Part shown: positions 9,880-19,095 of the stretch, piece by piece
How positions within the stretch are numbered: the stretch's first letter is position 1
How the letters are laid out: the number at the start of each line of letters is the position of its first letter
NCBI GenBank assembly: GCA_963708075.1
Contig: OY970194.1
Location: 3,296,001-3,360,000, forward strand
Reading direction: 5' to 3'
Origin: Sedimentisphaerales bacterium
Lineage (GTDB): Bacteria > Planctomycetota > Phycisphaerae > Sedimentisphaerales > Anaerobacaceae
Length of the DNA stretch: 64,000 nucleotides
Notes under the pieces: model-generated
Told to the model about the DNA's origin: nothing
Database searches by the model: none
The model's input: the letters and a program-made list of their open reading frames with translations, nothing else
Translations under genes and position numbers: made by a program

Positions 9880-10146
9880 ATGATCAATAATGTGACAAAT
9901 CATGTGGGGCAGGCCTTGGGCAAGACATCTTTGCCACACGCCGATCCTGCGAATATGCGTCCCGCAAGCGGCTCCGATGCCACGATTCAGGTTGAATTCG
10001 CAGATATTCTCAACCGGGCCAAACAGGCCGCGGAGGCGGATAGTGACGCGGTGCAAAAGGCCCGCGAGCTGCTGCTTTCCGGCCGGCTCACCAGCCCCGA
10101 GAATGTCCGGGCGGCCGCGGAGAATATCCTAAACACCGGCATCTGA
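9880..10146 (+). CDS. FlgM-like anti-sigma-28 factor (tentative)
   Basis: 88 aa, low-complexity N-terminus, C-terminal AVQKARELLLSGRL...AAENIL resembles the FlgM C-terminal helices; last gene of the fliA cluster. Confidence 0.5.
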   Translation: MINNVTNHVGQALGKTSLPHADPANMRPASGSDATIQVEFADILNRAKQAAEADSDAVQKARELLLSGRLTSPENVRAAAENILNTGI

Positions 10147-10174
10147 AAGAGTTATAGCAACTACGACCGAGGCG

Positions 10175-10216
10175 CGGGGCCCTGTCAAGGACGACAAGAG
10201 CCCCGTCTTTTTTTTT
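10175..10216 (+). terminator. Rho-independent terminator
   Basis: cggggccctgtc...gacaagagccccg imperfect stem followed by a run of 9 T. Confidence 0.75.
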
Positions 10217-10270
10217 GCGCACGCGACGACGAATCAGCACAAAGGGCTGCTGGAAAAGCACTTACGATGC

Positions 10271-10504
10271 TTACATGTAGCAGTCGAGCAGTGTGCCGAT
10301 GGGACGTGGGCCGGAGGCCGGCCTGGAACTGGAGGTGGCCTTCGCCAAAACGAGGGGCTCGTCGCAAACGAGGCGAACCCGGACATCGACGGGGATCACC
10401 TGCGACTCGCGCACCGCCCCGGCAAGCATCGGCCGGGCAGTGGACGTGAAGAAAGCCGTTAAGTCACGAGCAGCAATGAAGTTATAGCCAATCAGATCGA
10501 GCAT
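10271..10504 (-). CDS. Small hypothetical protein (77 aa) ending in GTLLDCYM
   Basis: ATG at 10504 within the track ORF; C-terminal GxxLDxx motif. Confidence 0.45.
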   Translation of the reverse strand: MLDLIGYNFIAARDLTAFFTSTARPMLAGAVRESQVIPVDVRVRLVCDEPLVLAKATSSSRPASGPRPIGTLLDCYM

Positions 10505-10729
10505 TACTTCTACCCCCAAGTACGTTGCTATTGTAGCAGAATCGCCCCGGCAAGTCAAGCAAAATCTCACCCCGCAAGGTCCGGAAATGGCCCCTCGGGA
10601 AGCCCGCCCTCTCGGCGTCCGGAGCCCAGCCCTTACGGGACCTGTGGCCGTCGTTAGTGACCCCGTTCCCACCCGTGGCTAACATTTTCCTGGCGGTTTT
10701 GCCGATTTACTGAGGTAAAGAGTTCGCAC

Positions 10730-10954
10730 ATGACTTTTGACACGAGGGCCCGGATGCAAATCATCATTCAATGTCCGCACTGCGGCTATCGCTGGTGGAT
10801 GGCGGCCGACGCGGCCGACCGCCGCCTGCGATGCCGGAAGTGTTCTACCCTATTCAAAGTCCCCGACCTGACCGAAGTCCCCGACGCCACGAAAGTCATA
10901 ACTCGTGCCGCCGGCGACCTTTACGTAGATGACGCCGGTCACACCTACGGCTGA
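10730..10954 (+). CDS. Small zinc-ribbon protein
   Basis: CPHC-x16-CRKC. Confidence 0.7.
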   Translation: MTFDTRARMQIIIQCPHCGYRWWMAADAADRRLRCRKCSTLFKVPDLTEVPDATKVITRAAGDLYVDDAGHTYG

Positions 10955-11013
10955 CACTCGACTCATTCTGAACCGAATCTCCGCACGCTCGGGGTTGCCG
11001 GCGCAAACAAGTA

Positions 11014-11045
11014 CAAAGGGGGATGGGATTCCATTCCCGTCCCCC
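11014..11045 (-). terminator. Hairpin terminator between convergent genes
   Basis: gggggatggga...tcccgtccccc stem, short U tract on the minus strand. Confidence 0.55.
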
Positions 11046-11066
11046 GGTCAGACTTCTGTCGGCAAC

Positions 11067-11534
11067 TCAGTTCTCGGTGATTTTCACATTGTCGACATAG
11101 GCGGTTGTTTCACCGTTTGCGTTGACCGTGATGTGCCAGGTTTCGTGCACCATGAGGTTCGGCGCGCTGCCCTGGCCGAGACAACGGTAGTTGTTGACAA
11201 ATGTATACGTCTGCCCTTTCTTCGCGTTGAATGTGTCCTGCGTCACCCCCGTGCCCTGGTACGTGGCGCCCAGGTTCGGCCCCCAGACGACTTGCCCGCT
11301 CAAGCCTTGCGGTTGAAAATGGGTCTTGCCGTGGATGCCACCCGCATTGTCCTCCGTGTACGTCAGCGAAATGTGCATGAAGCCTTGACAGTAAACCTCA
11401 TCTCCCGTGGACGCAATCCAGTACCACCAGTCTATGGGGACTTTGATGTTCGTGGTGCATTCGCCGGAGGCGAGGCCCCCAAACAACATTAGTGCCAATG
11501 TCGTCAGTGTTAGCTGTTTCATGCGGTTTCTCAT
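11067..11534 (-). CDS. Secreted beta-rich hypothetical protein
   Basis: AAGGA RBS; signal peptide MRNRMKQLTLTTLALMLFGGLASG. Confidence 0.7.
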   Translation of the reverse strand: MRNRMKQLTLTTLALMLFGGLASGECTTNIKVPIDWWYWIASTGDEVYCQGFMHISLTYTEDNAGGIHGKTHFQPQGLSGQVVWGPNLGATYQGTGVTQDTFNAKKGQTYTFVNNYRCLGQGSAPNLMVHETWHITVNANGETTAYVDNVKITEN

Positions 11535-12070
11535 CTTCAGATTCCTTTCGTTAGACTGTGCCCTCAGGCGCCACCTGAGCGCTACCCACAAAATCAACGC
11601 CAATCACTCGAGATGTAGTTCCGTCGCCCGATCCTCTGCACACCTCCTTTCTGAGCGTGGACAGACGACCGCAAGAAGTCTCCGAGAAATGAATTGCTTG
11701 CAGCGCTCCCTCAAACGTTCATTGACCGCCAGTCTCGCAGCCGGCAAAATCAGCAACGCCGGCCACCGAACACCTCTTCAAGAAACATACACCTCTGCAG
11801 GCATGCGACAATACGGGAAAATACGCATTTCGCGAAGATAGCAGCACAGGCATCGGCGGGGTCAATGGTCCTGGGCAGGTTCCGGGCATTTCTATGTTGT
11901 CTTTCGATAGCAGGCTGGTATGCTTATCACAAGTGTTTTGAGATACTCATGCGCTCCACCGAACAGCCGAGAGCGGATGGGCGTGGAATCGATGTGGCCG
12001 CAGTAGCGTCACGCTGCCGCGGGTGCAGCCCGCTGCGGGCCCTTCAGTGAACATTGAACAGGAGGTCATC

Positions 12071-13303
12071 ATGGGAAGCAGAAATCGATCGAGGGTTGTT
12101 CTGGTGGGCTGTGTGATTCTGATCGCCACCGGCTGTGTTCTGGGACAGGACTGGCCGCAGTGGCGAGGGCCCAATCGCGATGGAAAGGTCACCGGGTTCA
12201 CCGCGCCCCAGACCTGGCCGAAGGAACTGACGGCGAAGTGGAAGACAACTGTGGGCACGGGCTGCGCAACGCCGGCCCTGGTCGGCGACAAGCTCTACGT
12301 CTTCGCACGACAGGGCGAGGAAGAAGTCACGCTGTGCCTCAACGCGGCGGACGGTAAGGAGGTATGGAAGGATAAATACGCGGCCCAGGCCGTGACCGGC
12401 GCGGCCGCGCGGCACCCCGGGCCCCGAAGCTCGCCTGCCGTGGCGGAGGGAAAGGTCGTCACGCTGGGCGTGGGCGGAGTCGTCTCCTGCCTGGACGCCG
12501 GCACGGGTAAAGTCGTGTGGCGTAAGGACCCGTTCCCCAAGGTCGTGCCGCAGTTCTTCACCTCAACGTCGCCGATCATCGTCGATGGCAAAGCCATCGT
12601 GCACGTGGGCGGCAAGGACAACGGAGCCATTGTGGCGTTCGACCTGGCCGGCGGGGACGAGAAATGGAAGTGGGCGGCGGAAGGCCCGGCGTATGCCTCG
12701 CCGGCCCTTATGACGGTTGACGGCGTGAAGCAGATCGTGACGCTGTCCGAGAAGAGCATCGTGGGCATTGCGGTCGCCGACGGCAAGCTGCTATGGCAAC
12801 AGCCGTTCGCGCCGCAGGGCCGGGCGTACAACGCCGCCACCCCGATTGTCGATGGGCAGACAGTGATCTACACGGGGTCCGGCCGGGGCGCCAAGGCCGT
12901 GAAGATCGAAAAACAGGGTGATGCTTTTGCCGCCAAGGAACTCTGGAGCAACGCAGAGTTGGCACCGCAGTTCAACACGCCGGTGCTCAAAGACGGCTTG
13001 CTCTTCGGCCTCACCGACAAGAACAGCCTCTACTGCATCGATGCCAAGACCGGCAAGACAGCCTGGACCGATTCAACAGCGAGAGGCAGCGGCGGGTTCG
13101 GGGAGATTGTGGACGCCGGCCCCTGCCTGATGATCCTGCCCAACAATTCCGAGCTGATCGTCTACAAGCCCAGCGGCACGGCCTATGAAGAGGTGGCCAA
13201 GATCAAGGTTGCCGAGACGCCGACCTACGCGTATCCGGTGCTCGCGGGCAACCGCCTCTTCATCAAGGATCAGGAAACCGTGGCGATGCTGACGATTCAG
13301 TAG
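12071..13303 (+). CDS. PQQ-like beta-propeller repeat protein (BamB-like family)
   Basis: GGAGG RBS; signal peptide; DWPQWRGPNRDG motif; repeated CLDAxTGKxxW blades. Confidence 0.88.
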   Translation: MGSRNRSRVVLVGCVILIATGCVLGQDWPQWRGPNRDGKVTGFTAPQTWPKELTAKWKTTVGTGCATPALVGDKLYVFARQGEEEVTLCLNAADGKEVWKDKYAAQAVTGAAARHPGPRSSPAVAEGKVVTLGVGGVVSCLDAGTGKVVWRKDPFPKVVPQFFTSTSPIIVDGKAIVHVGGKDNGAIVAFDLAGGDEKWKWAAEGPAYASPALMTVDGVKQIVTLSEKSIVGIAVADGKLLWQQPFAPQGRAYNAATPIVDGQTVIYTGSGRGAKAVKIEKQGDAFAAKELWSNAELAPQFNTPVLKDGLLFGLTDKNSLYCIDAKTGKTAWTDSTARGSGGFGEIVDAGPCLMILPNNSELIVYKPSGTAYEEVAKIKVAETPTYAYPVLAGNRLFIKDQETVAMLTIQ

Positions 13304-13334
13304 TCCATCGTCGGCAATTCAATCGGATTTCACA

Positions 13335-13399
13335 CAAAGCCGCGAAGGTACAAAGATGCCTGTAGAGATCGAGGCATTGAATGGGCCTTCGCGGCTTTG
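13335..13399. repeat. Long inverted repeat / hairpin
   Basis: Perfect 14-bp IR caaagccgcgaagg/ccttcgcggctttg with inner atgcct/aggcat stem. Confidence 0.7.
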
Positions 13400-13500
13400 C
13401 CATTTAGTGCCGCATAATTAGCAAAAGCGGTCAAGCAGGCCTGTAGAACGAGCCGTACAATGACGCACATGACGATCAGGATGCACAGGCAGGTGAAGAA

Positions 13501-14091
13501 ATGAAAAAGTCCACGGAACAACTGTACAAGGAGCGGATCCTGAAGGTCCTGGTCTTCATCCAAAGGAATCTGGACAGCGAGTTGTCGCTGGACGAGTTCG
13601 CTCGCGTGGCGCACTTTTCGCCCTACCACTTTCACCGGGTATTTCGCGGGATCGTAGGCGAGTCGCTGCAGGAGCACATCCGGCGCCTGCGGCTGGAGCG
13701 TGCGGCAATGCGGCTCAAGCACACGGACTGGACGGTGCTCGAAATCGCCCTGGAGGCGTGCGATGAAACCCACGAACCGTTCACTCGGGCGTTCCGAACG
13801 GTCTATGATTGTTCTCCGTCGCGGTTCCGGTTGGACAAGGGGCTCGCCTTGAAGGCGAATGCCGTCGGCGTACAGACCCTGGCCGGCGGCGAGTACGCCG
13901 TCGTGACGCACACCAGCCCCTACGACACTCTCGGCCAGACCTACGCCAAGCTGTTTGGCCAGTGGCTGCCGCACAGCGGCCGGGAGCTGCGCTCCGAGCC
14001 CAGCCTGGAATTCTACCTGAATGATCCGGAATCGACCGACCCAGAGGACCTGCTGACCGGCATCTGTGCTCCTCTTGAGCCTCTGACCTGA
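13501..14091 (+). CDS. AraC-family regulator with partial GyrI-like effector domain
   Basis: FSPYHFHRVF...RLRLERAA...FTRAF HTH pair; C-terminal GEYAV...WLPHSG...EFYLND. Confidence 0.8.
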   Translation: MKKSTEQLYKERILKVLVFIQRNLDSELSLDEFARVAHFSPYHFHRVFRGIVGESLQEHIRRLRLERAAMRLKHTDWTVLEIALEACDETHEPFTRAFRTVYDCSPSRFRLDKGLALKANAVGVQTLAGGEYAVVTHTSPYDTLGQTYAKLFGQWLPHSGRELRSEPSLEFYLNDPESTDPEDLLTGICAPLEPLT

Positions 14092-14103
14092 AAGGCACAT
14101 GTT

Positions 14104-14730
14104 ATGACAATGGACAACAAGATCGATCTATGGAAGCTGCACAAAGACGAGTATGCGACGCCCAAGAGCCCCGCACTGGTCACAGTGCGCGAGGGGATAT
14201 ATCTGGCCATCAGCGGCCGGGGCGAGCCGGGCGGACCCGAATTCACCGATAAAGTCGGCGCCCTGTACGCCGTCGCGTACACCGTCAAGATGACCCGCAA
14301 ATTCGCCGGCCTGCAGGATTATGTGATCTGCAAGTTGGAGAGCCAGTGGTGGCTGGATGGGCCGGACCAGGACTTCGCCCGAGTGCCGCGAGACCAATGG
14401 AACTGGCGGCTTATGATCCGCACGCCCGAGATCGTCACACAGGCCGAGTTACGCCAAGCCGTGTCCGCGCTAACGGAAAAAGGCAAAGCCCCCAGCGCGA
14501 ACCAGGTAAAACTCGAATCCTTTGCGGAGGGCCTGTGCGTCCAGATGCTGCACATCGGCCCGTACGATCGCGAGTGCGACACCATCGCCCGGATGCGAAC
14601 ATTGGCGGATGCGCAGGGCCTCGAATTCCATGGCCGCCACCACGAAATCTACTTGTCCGACCCGCGCCGCGTCGCCCCGGAGAAGCTCAAGACCATCCTG
14701 CGCATCCCCGTCCGAAAGAGCAAGTCGTAG
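14104..14730 (+). CDS. GyrI-like small-molecule-binding protein
   Basis: YLAISGRGEP, LESQWW, CVQMLHIGPYD, HHEIYLSDPRR..LKTILRIP. Confidence 0.85.
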   Translation: MTMDNKIDLWKLHKDEYATPKSPALVTVREGIYLAISGRGEPGGPEFTDKVGALYAVAYTVKMTRKFAGLQDYVICKLESQWWLDGPDQDFARVPRDQWNWRLMIRTPEIVTQAELRQAVSALTEKGKAPSANQVKLESFAEGLCVQMLHIGPYDRECDTIARMRTLADAQGLEFHGRHHEIYLSDPRRVAPEKLKTILRIPVRKSKS

Positions 14731-14766
14731 GACATTGACGCGTTGGCCTTTGTCTGATCGGTCCGC

Positions 14767-16008
14767 TCACGGGGTACCAGCAACCGACCTGGATACGTTG
14801 AGGTCTGCCACCGGCGACCGAGTGACCGCAGCACCCGGGGACCTCAGCATTCGCAGCAGCAGAGGCCAGATGACGAGGACTGCCGCCGGCACAAGCAGAG
14901 CCAGGAGCCCAAAAACAACGATGGGAGCCGTCCACGGCGCCGTGACGAACCGCATACAGATCGCCCCGACCATGAACTGATAGAAGACGATGAACGCGGA
15001 GGCCGAGCCGATGTCCTGATGCACCTGTTCGAGGATCAGATTATTGCTGAGTGGCCGGCTCATGCCGCAAAAGAACGTGATGGTGCACATGCACCCCGCG
15101 AAGGCGGTGTAGTGCCAGCCGCCCCAGGCGAGGATGCCCGCCCCGCCGGCCGCACAGCCGATCAGGCAGATAGTCAGCAGCACTGCATCCGGCAGGAACT
15201 TCGTCACGCGTGTGCAGACGAATGCCCCGAGCATGCCCATCAGCGCGTTGAGGCCGAACAGGATACCGAAGGCATAATTCGAGAGCCCGTAAGTCCGAAT
15301 GTAGACAATCGGGGCCAAGGCGATAAAGCCGTAGAACGGGCCGAGGATCAGGCCCATCGCGGTAACCGAGAGGAAGTAGCGGCGATTTCGGACCAATCGG
15401 ATGTAGCGCCCCATCAGCGTCAGGAAGTGGCCGGAGACCCGCTCGACTGCCGTCTCTCGATAGAGCCGCCATGACACCAGCAGCACCGCGGCGCCCAAGA
15501 GGGCCTGGACAGCGAAAATCGCCCGCCATGTCGATACCTTCAGCAGCGTTGCGCCAATTGTGGGGGCGATCATCGGGGCCAATGCGAGAATGATGCCGAT
15601 CCAGGCGAGGATGTGCTTTCGTCGCGGCCCCTCGTACCGGTCCCGGCAGATGGCCATGCACATCGAAGATGGGCCCGCGGCTCCCACGCCCTGCAGGACA
15701 CGGAACGCGATCAACTGCACCACGTTCGCGGCCATCATGCAGGCGGCGCTCGCCCCCGCGAAAAGCATGAGCCCCGCCAGCAACACCGGCCGCCGGCCGT
15801 ACTTGTCCGACAGCGGGCCGCAAATCAGCAGGAAGACGCTGAAGCCTGCGAACCAGAGCACCAGCGACAGCGCGACCCGGCCGGCCGCCACGCCCCACTC
15901 GGCTGCAATGATCGGCATCGCCGCCAGGTACATGTCTGTCGCCATCGGCGGCACCGCCGCAATCGCCGCCAGGAAGACAACGTACAGCAACCCTCTATCC
16001 GGTCTCAT
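14767..16008 (-). CDS. MFS multidrug efflux transporter, Bcr/CflA subfamily
   Basis: ATDMYLAAMP, GPLSDKYGRRPVL motif A, about 12 TM helices. Confidence 0.9.
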   Translation of the reverse strand: MRPDRGLLYVVFLAAIAAVPPMATDMYLAAMPIIAAEWGVAAGRVALSLVLWFAGFSVFLLICGPLSDKYGRRPVLLAGLMLFAGASAACMMAANVVQLIAFRVLQGVGAAGPSSMCMAICRDRYEGPRRKHILAWIGIILALAPMIAPTIGATLLKVSTWRAIFAVQALLGAAVLLVSWRLYRETAVERVSGHFLTLMGRYIRLVRNRRYFLSVTAMGLILGPFYGFIALAPIVYIRTYGLSNYAFGILFGLNALMGMLGAFVCTRVTKFLPDAVLLTICLIGCAAGGAGILAWGGWHYTAFAGCMCTITFFCGMSRPLSNNLILEQVHQDIGSASAFIVFYQFMVGAICMRFVTAPWTAPIVVFGLLALLVPAAVLVIWPLLLRMLRSPGAAVTRSPVADLNVSRSVAGTP

Positions 16009-16144
16009 TTCAGTATGATTCAGTGAAGTTATCTTTCGCTAAAGAGCGGGTGATCTTATCACAACATGGATCAGCCGGCAAGCGGCTCATGGAGGTGACA
16101 CGGAACCCGACCACATAATCAGGACATGCAGAAGCGCTCAGTTG

Positions 16145-17251
16145 TCAGTGCCTCGTGAATCTGTCGAAGACGCTGATGACAGGCAGGGTGTTGCCGTCGT
16201 CGTCGAAGAAGCCGCGGCTGCGGAGACCGCCCTGGACCGCGGGTTCCCACCAGAAGATGCCCTTGCCGCGATTGTCGGGTGTGCTCAGGACCAGCCGGTT
16301 CACTTCCTCCAGGAATTGCCTCTGTCCCTCCGGGCTCTCCGGGAACGGGGCCGGCTTATTTTTATACTCGGAGGGTCGCCAATTGTAGGCCACCTCGACG
16401 AGGATGATGTCCTTCTTGTACTCGTTGGCCATGAAGATCAGGTTTTCACGCAGGTCGAGCAGCGAGCCATGCCACCAGGGATAATAGGATTGGCCAATGA
16501 CGTCGTAATCCACGCCATACGAGTGCCACTTATCGAAGAACGCCTTCGTCCGTTCCTTGTTGCCGCCCTGGTCGATGTGGATCATGATGAGGGGGCGAGC
16601 CACGTTGCGCCGGCCGGCCTCCACGCCCTTGATCCCGGCCTGCAGCAGCTCGGCGAAGTTGTCCCAGTTGCCGGGCAGCCTGCCGTCGGGCCAGAGCATG
16701 CCATTGATGACCTCATTGCCGATCTGGACCATGTCCGGCTGAATCCGGGCGTCGCAGAAGGCCCCAATTGTGTCGCGCGTGTATTCGAACACCGCCTGCA
16801 CCAGCTCCGTGTGCGACTTGCCCTCCCAGGCCTTGGGGATTCCCTGCTTGCCCGGGTCGGCCCAAGTGTCGGAGTAATGGTAATTCAGCAGGAGCTTGAA
16901 GCCGAGCGCCTTGGCCTCTTTGGCAAGAGCGATCGTGTAGTCGAGATTGTTCGGCAACTGCGTCGGCGTGTGGAACAGACGCAGCCGAATCCAGTTGTAG
17001 CCGTGATCCTTGAAAATCTCGAGTCCCGGCTTGGCCTGCCCGTCCTCTCTGAATACCGTTCCGCGCTCCTCCGCCTGCTTGAGAAACGACAGGTCCGCCC
17101 CGATTGCATAATCGTCGGCACGCGCCCCCGACGCCAACCCCATCAGGAGCATCAGCCCTGATAGTGTGCGCCATCGAGTAATGAGGAAGCCAGCGGCATT
17201 CTTTGCGGGGACCAGTCTGCCTATCTCATCCGCTCTCATTGATTCCTCCAT
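16145..17251 (-). CDS. Arabinogalactan endo-beta-1,4-galactanase (GH53)
   Basis: GADLS, NWIRLRLF, HYSDTWADPGKQ, VQIGNE, SYYPWW, FWWEP; true start uncertain. Confidence 0.9.
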   Translation of the reverse strand: MEESMRADEIGRLVPAKNAAGFLITRWRTLSGLMLLMGLASGARADDYAIGADLSFLKQAEERGTVFREDGQAKPGLEIFKDHGYNWIRLRLFHTPTQLPNNLDYTIALAKEAKALGFKLLLNYHYSDTWADPGKQGIPKAWEGKSHTELVQAVFEYTRDTIGAFCDARIQPDMVQIGNEVINGMLWPDGRLPGNWDNFAELLQAGIKGVEAGRRNVARPLIMIHIDQGGNKERTKAFFDKWHSYGVDYDVIGQSYYPWWHGSLLDLRENLIFMANEYKKDIILVEVAYNWRPSEYKNKPAPFPESPEGQRQFLEEVNRLVLSTPDNRGKGIFWWEPAVQGGLRSRGFFDDDGNTLPVISVFDRFTRH

Positions 17252-17283
17252 GACGACTGGTGACTTGCGATGCCCTGGGTTCG

Positions 17284-17919
17284 TCAGCGCATGATCCAGT
17301 TTTGGCCGTCGTAGACGGTTTCCACGGAGGGCCTCAAGGCGGGATCGCCGTGCAGCGAGTACCTCAGTTCGAGGGTCTTTCGCAGAAAGATCTGCATGGG
17401 TTGTCCGGCCTCATTCACGGCCACGGGGTGCGGTACGATGACCGTCTCGTTGCTCAGGCCACTCACAAATACCTTGAAGCTCGCGGCCTGTGGATCGAAG
17501 TCCCGCCAGGCGATGACGATTTCTTTGGCGTTGTCTTCGCCCTGGAGAATGCGGCTATCGACCTTTTCCAGCGGCTCAAGGAACTGGTAGATCCCGCCGT
17601 GCCGCTGCTGAATCTGCTGGAAGACAGCCGGCGGAACGCCCTGCCCGGCCGGAAGGACTTGGAACGTGTCCGTCATCAGGTCGCACTTCGGGTAGAACTC
17701 GACGTCCCGGCCCGTCCGGTTGGTCACCGTCACGATCATGTACCAGAAGCGGCTTTGCGGATTGCCGCCCCACGGCACCACGATCTGCTGTGGATGCTCG
17801 AATTTGACCTCCACCGTCCACTGCCCGGGCCGCTGGAGAATCGCCGGCTTCGGGGCCGCCATGCTCAGCCCCACCACAACCACCGTCAGGATTGTCCCAT
17901 AATACAGCCGTTTTCTCAT
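17284..17919 (-). CDS. Exported hypothetical protein
   Basis: GAGGGG RBS, signal peptide MRKRLYYGTILTVVVVGLSMA. Confidence 0.7.
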   Translation of the reverse strand: MRKRLYYGTILTVVVVGLSMAAPKPAILQRPGQWTVEVKFEHPQQIVVPWGGNPQSRFWYMIVTVTNRTGRDVEFYPKCDLMTDTFQVLPAGQGVPPAVFQQIQQRHGGIYQFLEPLEKVDSRILQGEDNAKEIVIAWRDFDPQAASFKVFVSGLSNETVIVPHPVAVNEAGQPMQIFLRKTLELRYSLHGDPALRPSVETVYDGQNWIMR

Positions 17920-18144
17920 CGATCGTCCCCTCGCCTGTGTAGAGACGCAACATCGTGCGTCGCCAGGGTACCACGCCAAGTTCTACGTCTTCCCCATTTT
18001 ACACAACTTCCCCCCAAAAGCCAAGAAGATTTTGTCCCCATCTCGGGCCTGAGAGTCTTCGGGCGACATAAGGATGCAGATGAATCGTTGCCTGATATTG
18101 ATTTGCGCAGCCCGTTAGACTTCCGACAGCCTGTTCTGTCACAA

Positions 18145-18930
18145 TCAGAAGTCCTTGAACTGGCTCATCCATTGCGGCCAGTCGGTGGGCATGACGCCCC
18201 CTGCCTTGGTCCACGGTCCGGCCGTGTTGTACTGGCGATGCCATTTCAGCATCCATAGCTCCTTGAGCCCCACTTTTCGCGTGGACCAGTCCATGAATAA
18301 GGAGTTGACCGCCCCATCGTGCCGGTCAATACACACCCGCTGCATCTCATTGGTGGACGCCGCCCCTGACGGCCCTCCACCGGTCGCCGGAGGAAGGTCC
18401 ATGTGTCGCGGCCAGTAAGAGACCCACCACGAGTCGGCAAACACCGGGACCGTGTGGGCGGCCGGATCGCCCGATGCCCTCCAATATGCCTCTGCGGGCA
18501 AGCGTCCCCATGCCCCCGAACCCTCGCGAGTGTTGCATACCCAGCCGTTCAGGCCGTAGCTCCCGGCATAGCTAACACCCTGCGAGGTTACCTGCCAGGC
18601 CACAGATGCCCAATTGGGCGCTGCGAGATTCGATATTGGCCCCACAGCCTCCGGACACAGCAGAAGGCGACGATCCTTCCAGTAGGACTCCAGCGGCTGA
18701 ATCCACCACAGGCCGGAGCCCATGCCCTCGCCCGAGATGAAATGATGGTCGTTGTCTCTCGCGAAGGCATCAAAGACCTTGCCCCAGGATCGCAGTTTGG
18801 ACAGGCAGACGGCTTCTTTGGCTCTATGCCGGCCTGCCGGACCTGCGGCCCCGGACACCATGACCAGCAGGACCCCACTCAGGACCAGGACAGCGAGTTC
18901 CGCCTTGCCCATGCTCGTCCTATCTCCCAC
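18145..18930 (-). CDS. Prepilin-like / H-X9-DG-type planctomycete protein with degenerate N-terminus
   Basis: Hydrophobic N-terminal helix, AKEAVCLSKL, SYGLN, C-terminal RHDGAVNSLFMDWS. Confidence 0.7.
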   Translation of the reverse strand: MGDRTSMGKAELAVLVLSGVLLVMVSGAAGPAGRHRAKEAVCLSKLRSWGKVFDAFARDNDHHFISGEGMGSGLWWIQPLESYWKDRRLLLCPEAVGPISNLAAPNWASVAWQVTSQGVSYAGSYGLNGWVCNTREGSGAWGRLPAEAYWRASGDPAAHTVPVFADSWWVSYWPRHMDLPPATGGGPSGAASTNEMQRVCIDRHDGAVNSLFMDWSTRKVGLKELWMLKWHRQYNTAGPWTKAGGVMPTDWPQWMSQFKDF

Positions 18931-19095
18931 AGGTTCACCTCCCGTACATCTGACGCCAACCAGCGACGGCCTTGCCTCAGACCCAACGTTCGGTGACGCT
19001 CTCGCCGATTCGACAGGCAGATTGTGTACCTCCCTGTCAGTATCAGTATTCTTCTATCATCCGCAGTCCCGTTTGTCAACCGCGAAAGGCGGAAA

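Noticed and set aside
11540..11700. Riboswitch in the leader of the secreted-protein gene (ctcagg...cctgag hairpin)
   Set aside because: Only a short palindrome; no aptamer consensus that I can recognise.
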